A stretch of DNA of 64,000 nucleotides from Candidatus Udaeobacter sp. (lineage in GTDB: Bacteria > Acidobacteriota > Terriglobia > Acidiferrales > UBA7541): assembly GCA_035511855.1 (NCBI GenBank), contig DATKEV010000171.1, forward strand, positions 2,187 through 66,186, read 5' to 3'. Below the pieces are notes generated by a model. It worked only from the letters and a program-made list of their open reading frames with translations. It searched no databases and was not told where the DNA came from. The position numbers and the translations under genes were made by a program. Of this stretch, positions 56,815 to 64,000 are shown piece after piece (the stretch's first letter is position 1; every line of letters begins with the position of its first letter).

Positions 56815-56911
56815 AGTTCTAAAAATTCCATTGCTTCACTTTCCCAAGAAAGTCAGCGTGCGCGGCTTTCCGTCGGCGGGAGTGCGAGGCGGCGTTCCGT
56901 GGCCGAAAAAA

Positions 56912-56988
56912 TGGTCGGGACGACTGGATTTGAACCAGCGACCTCACGCACCCCAAGCGTGCGCGCTACCAGGCTGCGCTACGTCCCG
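56912..56988 (-). tRNA. tRNA-Pro (anticodon GGG), CCA encoded
   Basis: Manual fold: acceptor CGGGACG/CGTCCCG, D arm GCGC-AGCCTGGTA-GCGC, anticodon arm CACGC-TTGGGGT-GCGTG, variable AGGTC, T arm GCTGG-TTCAAAT-CCAGT, discriminator A, CCA. 77 nt. Confidence 0.92.
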
Positions 56989-57063
56989 ACCGTTAAGCTG
57001 ACGACGATGCGGCGGGAAACTGGGAGGGCCGAATCGCAGTAGCATTCTGCATCCACAAGGCTA

Positions 57064-57459
57064 TCACCGCCTTTCGAGAAGCGTCAAGAAAGCTTGCAGC
57101 GTATCGCGCAGATCCAGCAGCATCTTGCGGTTCAGGAGTTGCGCTGAACTTTCGGGGGCCGAAACAGAATGCGCGACTTCGTTTTCCGCTTCGCTCGCGT
57201 GTCCCCTGAGGAAGCGACGGGCGCCAGCAATCGTGAATCCTTCGTCGTAAAGAAGCCGCTTGATGCGGAAGACCAAGTCCACATCTTCCTGGCGGTAGAG
57301 GCGGCGGCCACCGGAGCCTTTCCGCGGCTGGAGCATGGGGAATTCAGTCTCCCAGTAGCGCAGCACGAAAGGTTTCAATGCCGCGAGACGCGCAACGTGG
57401 CCGATGGTGTAGAGGCCTTTTTCGGCGGCGGTTTGCGTGGCTATTCCGTTGCTTGGCAT
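57064..57459 (-). CDS. MerR-family transcriptional regulator
   Basis: YTIGHVARLAALKPFVLRYWETEFPMLQPRKGSGGRRLYRQEDVDLVFRIKRLL winged-HTH. Confidence 0.8.
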   Translation of the reverse strand: MPSNGIATQTAAEKGLYTIGHVARLAALKPFVLRYWETEFPMLQPRKGSGGRRLYRQEDVDLVFRIKRLLYDEGFTIAGARRFLRGHASEAENEVAHSVSAPESSAQLLNRKMLLDLRDTLQAFLTLLERR

Positions 57460-57528
57460 GTTGCGATCCTGCCGGAAGGGACGCCGCTATCGTAGCAGTT
57501 TGCTGCGCGCTAATGTAGTGGCTGGCGA

Positions 57529-58974
57529 TCATTCGTCACTATTGGGGGATTTGCGGTCGCGTTTGCGGAGGCGCTGGACGAAGCGGACGGGCGTGCCGGC
57601 GAAATCGAATTTGGCGCGCAACTGATTCTCGAGGAAGCGCTCGTAACTGAAGTGCAAAGGGGCTTTCTGATTCGTGAAGATGAGAAATGTGGGCGGAGCG
57701 GTTTTCGCCTGCGTGATGTAGTAGATGCGCACGGGGCGCGCTTTGGGCGTAGTACCGCGCTGGAGGTCAACTTCTTCCTTGAGCCAATTGTTGAGAACCG
57801 GAGTGGGAATGCGGCGGCGCCGCGCTTCCCAGCACTGATTGATCAGCGGGAAAAGTTTATCGGCGCGCTCGCCGGTTTTCGCGGAGAGAAAGACGATAGG
57901 CGCGTAGCTCAGAAATTTCAATTTGCCGCGAATCATTTTTTCGTAGTCGAACATCAACTGCCCGGCATCGAAGTTTTCCGGTTTGTGCCGTTCGCCGGGA
58001 GCGCGCCGGGATTTGCCTTTCGCCGTGGCCGCATCGCGTGACGCGGCCTCGCGTGCCGCAACGACCGCGAGATCCCATTTGTTGATGACGATGACGACGG
58101 AGCGGCCGGACTCTTCGGCGTAGCTGGCGATTTGCGCGTCGCCTTGCGTTACGCCTTGCTCGCCATCGACGACCAGCAGCGCGACGTCGCAGCGCTCCAG
58201 GCCACGGCGGGCCATTACCACGCTGAGTTTTTCCGCGACCAGCGTGGTCTTTCCCTTGCGGCGAATTCCCGCCGTATCCACGAAGCGGTAGTCGCGGCCC
58301 TCGCGCGAAATTTCCGTGTCCACGTTGTCCATCGTGGTGCCGGGAGTGGGAGAGACGATGGAACGTTCCTCGCCGGCCAGGCGATTCAGCAACGTGGATT
58401 TGCCGACGTTGGGGCGGCCGATGATAGCGACTTCGATGATGTCGGGGTGCTTTTCTTCTTCGGCAGACGTGACGACGCGCACTTCCGCGAGGGCGGCGTC
58501 GAGAAGATCGTCGACACCGGTACCGTGCTCGGCGGCAATAGGGAAGACCGGAACGCCGATGCGATGAAAAACGGCGGCGTTGGACTCTTGCGACATGGCG
58601 TCGACTTTGTTGACCGCAATCACAAACGGCTTGCCGATCGTGCGCAGCATGCGCGCCAGCTCTTCGTCGAGCGGCGTGAGGCCAGCCTGTGAATCGACGA
58701 CCAGAACAAGCAGCGCCGCTTTGTCGATGGCCACTCGTGCTTGCCGAAGTATTTCCTTCGGGATGACGGCTTTATCGTCAGGGACGATGCCGCCCGTGTC
58801 GACGACTTCGAGCACGCGGCCGCGCCACTCGGCTTTGCCGTAGATGCGGTCACGGGTGATGCCGGGCTCGTTGGTGACGATGGAGCGGCGCGTTCCGGTC
58901 AAGCGATTGAATAGCGTGGACTTGCCCACGTTGGGCCGTCCGAGGATGACGAGAGATGGGAGAAGCGCAGTCAT
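57529..58974 (-). CDS. der: ribosome-associated GTPase Der (EngA)
   Basis: Two G domains (GRPNVGKST twice; DTGG/DTAG; NKVD/NKWD) plus a KH-like C-terminus and a basic tail. Start at the internal ATG (MTALLPSLVILG). Confidence 0.92.
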   Translation of the reverse strand: MTALLPSLVILGRPNVGKSTLFNRLTGTRRSIVTNEPGITRDRIYGKAEWRGRVLEVVDTGGIVPDDKAVIPKEILRQARVAIDKAALLVLVVDSQAGLTPLDEELARMLRTIGKPFVIAVNKVDAMSQESNAAVFHRIGVPVFPIAAEHGTGVDDLLDAALAEVRVVTSAEEEKHPDIIEVAIIGRPNVGKSTLLNRLAGEERSIVSPTPGTTMDNVDTEISREGRDYRFVDTAGIRRKGKTTLVAEKLSVVMARRGLERCDVALLVVDGEQGVTQGDAQIASYAEESGRSVVIVINKWDLAVVAAREAASRDAATAKGKSRRAPGERHKPENFDAGQLMFDYEKMIRGKLKFLSYAPIVFLSAKTGERADKLFPLINQCWEARRRRIPTPVLNNWLKEEVDLQRGTTPKARPVRIYYITQAKTAPPTFLIFTNQKAPLHFSYERFLENQLRAKFDFAGTPVRFVQRLRKRDRKSPNSDE

Positions 58975-59369
58975 GAAATCGAGTGGTGGAGTGGCTCTCC
59001 ACTCTACCGTATCGAGTCCCCGGCCCAAAGCTGTGCGGAGAGCCGCATGACCGGGCATAAGTTCCGGAATGGGAGGAGACCTGCTTCGTGGGATTTCTAG
59101 TTAACAATAACACCCGTGGATTCTAAAAGCTGTTCTGACAGGCACAGCATTTTTATTTATCAAAGGAATTATCTATCCGGTATTTCATTGAGGGCTTGGC
59201 CGGCGGTTCCGCGCTAGACATAAGGGTGATGACGACTTGGATTTACAATCCATACTTCTGGCTCGCCTCTGTTGGAACGCTAACGGTCGCGTGGGCCCCC
59301 GCTCGAACTTGGCCGGTCAAAGTTCGATAGGAATAGTTCCTCCAGAGTGGTGAGCGTGTGTTGCGGCGC

Positions 59370-61349
59370 TTAATCGCGAGTGAATACGACGAAGCCGTTG
59401 GCGGGGATGATGATGTTGGCGGAGGCCGGCAATCCGTGGAGCGGGGGGCCGGAGGCGGAGATGGCTCCGCCGTTGCCTGCAGCGATGGGATTGGGAAAAT
59501 TGTCGTAGACGTCGCTGTTGAAGGCTTCCGTCCAGCGGCCGGGGAAGGGGAAGCCGATGGCGTAGCCGAACCAGGTGGATTCGGCGAGCGTGGCAACGAC
59601 AATGACGTCCTGCCCCGCGCCCTCGAGCCAGCGGTGAAAGGCGATGACTCGGTTCTGATTGTGAACGTGGAAGGGATTGACGCTTTCTCCGCGCAGAGCG
59701 GGCTCATTCCAGCGCAGGTGGATCAGGTCCTGGGTGAAACGCAAATGGTTCACCATGGCGGGATCGGTTCCGGCGTTCAGTCCGGCCCAGGAAAGTGGGT
59801 TTGGCGAGTTGGGATGCCAACTCCATTGGTTTTTTTCGAGAAATTCCTGGCCCATGAAGAGCTGGGGAATTCCGGGAGCGGTAAGGAGCAGTCCTGTGGC
59901 GAAACGCGAGCGGCTGCGCGCATACCAAGAACGATGATCCGAGCTGTCGGCAAGAGTGGGGATGCGCGGGTCGGCACCAACTTTCACGATGTCATGATTT
60001 TCCACGCAGGTGACGGCCTGCCAGCCATGGGCGAGGCCCGAAGGATGGAGATTGCCGGCGATGGCGTCGAAATTGACGGCGGCGTTCTGTCCGCCGGTAG
60101 CGGCCCCCACCGCGCTGCGGATGGCACCGCGCAAGCCATCATGTTGCAGCACGTCAAAGCCCGCGCCGCCGCTGTCCACAGGCGTCACGAGCGATAGAGA
60201 AGACCGCGGATAATCGCCGAACTCGAAGGGCCAGAACTCGGCGTTTTGCAGAAGGCGAGGCTTGAGCGAGCGAAGCGTGTCCGTGAGATCGCGGCAAAAG
60301 TTCCAGCCGGAATCCTTATTCATGGAAAGGAGGCCGCTGATTTCGTCATAGCGAAAACCGTCGGCATGGAATTCTTCGATGTAGTACCGGGCGTTGTTAA
60401 TGAGGAACTGCCGCACATCCTCTTTCCAAAGAGCGAAGGAGAGGCCGCCCGTGCCCCGGTCCTGATCGGTGAAATAGAGGCTGTCGTTGTTGTTCCCGCG
60501 ATTGATGGCGCGGTCCCAGTAGTAGAGGCATTCGTCGTCAGGCGTTTTGCCGTCCACCGTGAAACCACCCGCGTGGTTGTAAACCACATCGAAGACCACG
60601 GCGATACCGTAGGCATGGCAGAGATCCGCGAGAGCTTTGAGTTGAGCAGGTCCGGGAGTAATGTCAGCGAGGCTTAACGGCGGAAAGCCTTTGGCTGCCA
60701 ACAAGCCGTTGACGGTGGCGAGGTGCGCGGTGAGTGCGGCTGTATCGTTGATGACATAGGGGAAGTCCGGGGAAAAATAGTCGGCGCCGTCATAACCCAT
60801 CGATGGGTCGGTTTCGACTTCGTCGATGGGCAGAGGCTGAAGGACATTGATGCCGAGAGCGACGAGGTAGGGAATTTTCGCGATGACGTCGAGAAACGTG
60901 GAGGCTACCCCGGGCGCGCCGGGATTGTAGGTTCCAACGTGAAGCTGGTAGACGATCATGTTGGAGAAATCCGGCGTGACAAATGCCGCGTCGTGCCATG
61001 GGTAGGCAGTGGCGGAGCGGATGAGGCACCTGCAATCGGGAAATGGTCTGTCGGTGGCGAGTTCGCGCGCGTAGGGATCGCGCTTGGGGCCGGTAGATCC
61101 GGGACCGACGACTAAGAAACCGTACGGATCGCCCTCCCCGGCGGTGTCAACGAAACCGGTCCAGTAGCCGTTCGCATCTTTCGCGAGCAGCAGGTCATGG
61201 GACTGGCCAATTTTTGGCGTGCCGGCAAATGTGCCGTTGATATAGACCGCCGAAGCGAGCGGTGCCCAGGCGCGAAAGGTGGCGCCACCGCCACTGACCA
61301 GGTATGCCCCCATGGGAGTCGAAGGAGAGATGTTGGTCTGCGAGATCAT
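59370..61349 (-). CDS. GH13 alpha-glucan-active enzyme with N-terminal CBM48-like domain
   Basis: GATFRAWAP, VYQLHVGTY, GYDGADYFSP, FDVVYNHAG, DGFRYDE, AEFWP and ENHD conserved regions. An alternative upstream ATG lies at 61406. Confidence 0.82.
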   Translation of the reverse strand: MISQTNISPSTPMGAYLVSGGGATFRAWAPLASAVYINGTFAGTPKIGQSHDLLLAKDANGYWTGFVDTAGEGDPYGFLVVGPGSTGPKRDPYARELATDRPFPDCRCLIRSATAYPWHDAAFVTPDFSNMIVYQLHVGTYNPGAPGVASTFLDVIAKIPYLVALGINVLQPLPIDEVETDPSMGYDGADYFSPDFPYVINDTAALTAHLATVNGLLAAKGFPPLSLADITPGPAQLKALADLCHAYGIAVVFDVVYNHAGGFTVDGKTPDDECLYYWDRAINRGNNNDSLYFTDQDRGTGGLSFALWKEDVRQFLINNARYYIEEFHADGFRYDEISGLLSMNKDSGWNFCRDLTDTLRSLKPRLLQNAEFWPFEFGDYPRSSLSLVTPVDSGGAGFDVLQHDGLRGAIRSAVGAATGGQNAAVNFDAIAGNLHPSGLAHGWQAVTCVENHDIVKVGADPRIPTLADSSDHRSWYARSRSRFATGLLLTAPGIPQLFMGQEFLEKNQWSWHPNSPNPLSWAGLNAGTDPAMVNHLRFTQDLIHLRWNEPALRGESVNPFHVHNQNRVIAFHRWLEGAGQDVIVVATLAESTWFGYAIGFPFPGRWTEAFNSDVYDNFPNPIAAGNGGAISASGPPLHGLPASANIIIPANGFVVFTRD

Positions 61350-61576
61350 GCGAGGGTCCTCCGGGAAAACTAATGCTGCGCCAAGTAACCGGCGAAATGA
61401 AGTCAAAATAACGTAAACCGAAAATGAATGGCCTAAACATGAGTCTTACTGGCTGTGCTTGCGAGCGTCCGCGATCATGTAAAACCTGCAAGAAGAAAGA
61501 AATGGGGGCAGCGGCTGGGTGGGAGGTTCACACGCAGTGGGGAACGCGGTATGTTGTAAGCCCGGAGGAAACGAGA

Positions 61577-62227
61577 ATGCACAGAAATTATTTGGCGGTG
61601 GTGGGTGCAGGAGTGCTGCTGGTGCCATTCCAACGATTTGAGCCAAATGACAGTCCAAGGATAGGGCGCGAATATGGAAACAGTACTTCTCGAGGGGATT
61701 TGCTCGAACAAGTTGGAACGGCACTAGCGGCGCAGGCGCCCAAGCCGGCGCGGCCGGAAGTGCCGGAAAGCTTGACGGCGCCGGCGGGTGAGGAGCTGAT
61801 TCTGGTGGCGCACGCGAAAGGAACGCAAATCTATACGTGCCAGGCGGGAGCGGACCAGAAGTTCAGCTGGGTGCTCAAGGCGCCCGAAGCGGACCTGATG
61901 GACGCGACGGGGAAAAAGATTGGGCATCACTTCGCAGGGCCGACTTGGAAGCACGAGGACGGAAGCGAAGTGAAGGCCAAAGTGGTCGCGAAGCAGGACG
62001 GGCCAAGAGTCGAAGCGCCGAAGCCGCAGGCCATCCCTTGGCTGCTGCTGAGCGCGACGAATCACGGAGGAGAGGGAGTCTTCAGCCGCGTGACGAGCAT
62101 TCAACGGGTTCACACCGAGGGTGGGATGCCACCGCAGGCAAATTCCTGCGCTGCATCAACGAGCGGCGAGGAGTCGAAGAGCGCGTACTCGGCGGATTAC
62201 TATTTCTATGAGGCTGGGCCGAAATAA
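61577..62227 (+). CDS. secreted DUF3455 domain protein
   Basis: ATG after GGAGGA. GTQIYTC, GHHFAGPTWKHEDGS, IPWLLL and IQRVHTEGG match my recollection of DUF3455. Confidence 0.65.
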   Translation: MHRNYLAVVGAGVLLVPFQRFEPNDSPRIGREYGNSTSRGDLLEQVGTALAAQAPKPARPEVPESLTAPAGEELILVAHAKGTQIYTCQAGADQKFSWVLKAPEADLMDATGKKIGHHFAGPTWKHEDGSEVKAKVVAKQDGPRVEAPKPQAIPWLLLSATNHGGEGVFSRVTSIQRVHTEGGMPPQANSCAASTSGEESKSAYSADYYFYEAGPK

Positions 62228-62240
62228 GAATCGAGCCGGT

Positions 62241-62468
62241 TTACGCGGCGGCGATTAACTTTAACGTAGGTTTCGGGCGCGGTTTGGTCTTGTTTGCGAG
62301 CAGCTCGCGTTCGGCGCGTGTCCAGTCGTCGAGCGGATTTCCCGGCGCGCCGTTTCGTTGCAGGAAAATTTGATAGGCGCGCAGGGCGATGTCTTCGTGG
62401 GATGGCCGGGTCTTGGTGGTCCGCGGCTTTCTCAACTTTGGCGAGGAACTTACCCTCGTCTTGGGCAT
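62241..62468 (-). CDS. DUF2934 domain protein
   Basis: SHEDIALRAYQIFLQRNGAPGNPLDDWTRAEREL is the DUF2934 signature as I recall it. Confidence 0.65.
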   Translation of the reverse strand: MPKTRVSSSPKLRKPRTTKTRPSHEDIALRAYQIFLQRNGAPGNPLDDWTRAERELLANKTKPRPKPTLKLIAAA

Positions 62469-63015
62469 AGGTTGTTTTCTCCTTTCGACTACACTCTGAA
62501 TACTACTCGCAGCGGAAGCGCGTCGCCATGCAAAATTCCGATCATTGCGATTCGCGTTCCCGTTTGATTACAGCGCAAGTGGCGCGGCCGAGAGGTACAG
62601 TCGATTTCTGGCGGTATGGTGGCAAAGCAACATGAGCTGAACGTGCCCTGTCGCGGGAGCACTCAGAAAGTGAATCCCGATTCTGATAGAGTGCTGCGTC
62701 GAGACGGAGATCAGTGATCACCATCAGATATCAGGGATCAGGACACGCGAGATGAACTCTGGTGAAAGCTGGAGTGCGTCACGGCGCTCTGCTGTGGTCG
62801 TAGGGGTCAATGGGGCCGTTAGGGTTGTGATGGGTCTGTAACGATTCAATGCCGCAGCAATATTGCGGGAATGGGCTCAAAGGGCCAAAAGGTAAGGCGG
62901 ATGGGCCTCATCTACAGCCCTAAGTGATTGAAATACAAGTGAATTAGGGACGCGAGCAGGAAGAGCGGAGTTTTTGCAAAGTGTAATATTTGCAGGCCTC
63001 CGCGCGTACTAGGGT

Positions 63016-63624
63016 ATGGAAACGCTGAGACCAGGCCGGATGAGCGCGCCGGGAACAACGGAATCGACGGAGGTGATCACCCGTGCCAGGGCGGGTGACG
63101 CCGAGGCGTGGGGCGAGCTTTACCGGGAATACGCTCCCGCAATCTTTCGGTTTTGTCGGCGGGCGTTGCCGACCCGGGAAGACGCCGAAGACGCCACCAT
63201 GGAAGTTTTCACGAAATTGCACGACAAGCTGGGGCAGTACGACATGACACGCTCATTCACGGCATGGCTGTATAAGGTGGCGGCGAACCATTGCTGGGAC
63301 ACGCTGCGGCGGCGCAAGATTCGTCAAGACAAGGAAACAGGCGATCTGGAAAATGTGCCGCTCGAGCACCCGGATCCGAACCAGTTGGACCGCTTGATCG
63401 AAGAGCGCACCAGCGAGGAAGTGCGGAGGGCTCTTGATAGGCTGGGCGCGCGGGCGCGCATGGCCCTGGTGATGCGTTATTACTCGGATATGAGTTACGA
63501 CGAAATTGCCGATGCGCTGGGAGTGCGGCGCGCCTTTGTGGGCGTGGTGCTGCTGCGAGCCCGGCACGAGCTGCGGCAGGCGTTGGAAGGCAACGCGGCG
63601 CTGGCGGCGGGAGGAGCTTCATGA
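63016..63624 (+). CDS. ECF-type RNA polymerase sigma-70 factor
   Basis: Region 2 (ELYREYAPAIFRFCRR...EDAEDATMEVF, WLYKVAANHCWDTLRRR) and region 4 HTH (MSYDEIADALGVRRAFVGVVLLRARHELR). Confidence 0.87.
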   Translation: METLRPGRMSAPGTTESTEVITRARAGDAEAWGELYREYAPAIFRFCRRALPTREDAEDATMEVFTKLHDKLGQYDMTRSFTAWLYKVAANHCWDTLRRRKIRQDKETGDLENVPLEHPDPNQLDRLIEERTSEEVRRALDRLGARARMALVMRYYSDMSYDEIADALGVRRAFVGVVLLRARHELRQALEGNAALAAGGAS

Positions 63625-64000
63625 GCGAACTGCGGAAGGACAATGGGAAGCATCTGGACGAAATGACGCTCCTGCTGTACATCGAACGGCAACTGGACCG
63701 CACGCGAGCGCTGGAGGTGTCGGCGCACGCGCAGGAGTGCGCATCGTGCCGGACGCTGCTGCGCGCACTAGAGCACGAATCCCGGCTATTGACACGAGCA
63801 ATGCTGGAAGAGGATGAGGCACTGCCAGCGCGGCTGGCGCAGTTCCAAGAGAGGGCGCGGAAGTCCATGCAATGGATTTGGGGGCTGGTGTTTGGCTTGG
63901 CGGCCACGGGAGCTTACGCGCTGTATACGAGTTACATTCAGCCTTGGCAGGATCAACTGGAGAAGGCGGGATTTGGCGGATCGAATTTACTGGGACTGCT
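63621..64000 (+). CDS. anti-sigma factor (zf-HC2 type), 3'-truncated by window edge
   Basis: ATGA overlap with the sigma gene. HAQECASC gives the Hx3Cx2C motif. A TM helix WIWGLVFGLAATGAYALY follows. The frame is open to the window end. Confidence 0.65.
   Translation, partial: MSELRKDNGKHLDEMTLLLYIERQLDRTRALEVSAHAQECASCRTLLRALEHESRLLTRAMLEEDEALPARLAQFQERARKSMQWIWGLVFGLAATGAYALYTSYIQPWQDQLEKAGFGGSNLLGL

Noticed and set aside
56815-57063. tRNA-Pro as a possible genomic-island integration site.
   Set aside because: No integrase, direct repeat of the tRNA 3' end or compositional shift is visible on either side. The neighbours are the housekeeping genes surE, a MerR-family regulator and der.
59190-59275. 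tRNA-like anticodon hairpin (TGGAT-TTACA-ATCCA; on the other strand the loop TTGTAAA would read GTA) in the AT-rich region upstream of der.
   Set aside because: No acceptor stem, D arm or TTCRA T-loop can be built around it, so it is neither a tRNA nor a convincing tRNA remnant.
1-64000. CRISPR arrays, rRNA genes, transposases/IS elements, integrases, retron/DGR reverse transcriptases and prophage genes.
   Set aside because: I looked for regularly spaced direct repeats and for the relevant protein motifs in all listed ORFs and found none. The only tandem repeat is the 2.7-copy heptamer at 45139-45157.

Overview
GC-rich bacterial chromosomal segment with strong G/C third-codon-position bias and about 55 protein genes on both strands. 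Many genes use GTG or TTG starts, and several adjacent pairs overlap by 4 nt (GTGA/ATGA). An ADOP-type duplicated orphan permease, a VWFA-related acidobacterial-type domain protein and a large BNR/sortilin-like protein suggest an Acidobacteriota (Terriglobia-like) host; this is inference, not proof. Content is mostly core and peripheral metabolism. Recognised genes and operons: MntH; a three-gene succinate dehydrogenase/fumarate reductase operon; GTP-PEPCK; TrmJ; acyl-CoA desaturase; a patatin-like lipase; FadN-type beta-oxidation enzyme; a modABC operon behind an HTH-TOBE regulator; a cofH-cofC-scoA-scoB-PPOX array; a minus-strand array of proline dehydrogenase, deoC, two-domain ALDH, formamidase, MBL hydrolase and a secreted protein; glpFK; a LacI regulator with an APC permease; a GGDEF protein; an M16 peptidase pair; an MSOX-like oxidase; a TonB-C protein; SurE; tRNA-Pro(GGG); MerR; Der; a GH13 enzyme; and an ECF sigma/anti-sigma pair that runs off the right edge. 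I saw no rRNA, CRISPR array, transposase, integrase or recognisable defence system. The observations most worth following up are: (1) the tightly packed F420-type biosynthesis/CoA-transferase/PPOX operon; (2) a 742-aa polytopic membrane protein with conserved-looking His motifs fused to TPR repeats; (3) the deoC/two-domain ALDH/formamidase/MBL array; (4) the single-chain HTH-TOBE regulator with an upstream palindrome; (5) a truncated PAP2/haloperoxidase remnant next to a lower-GC orphan stretch; (6) two unusually long, repeat-bearing non-coding regions (45041-45418 and 62469-63015). None is demonstrably a new system from sequence alone. All family calls rest on motif recognition by eye, not on database searches.
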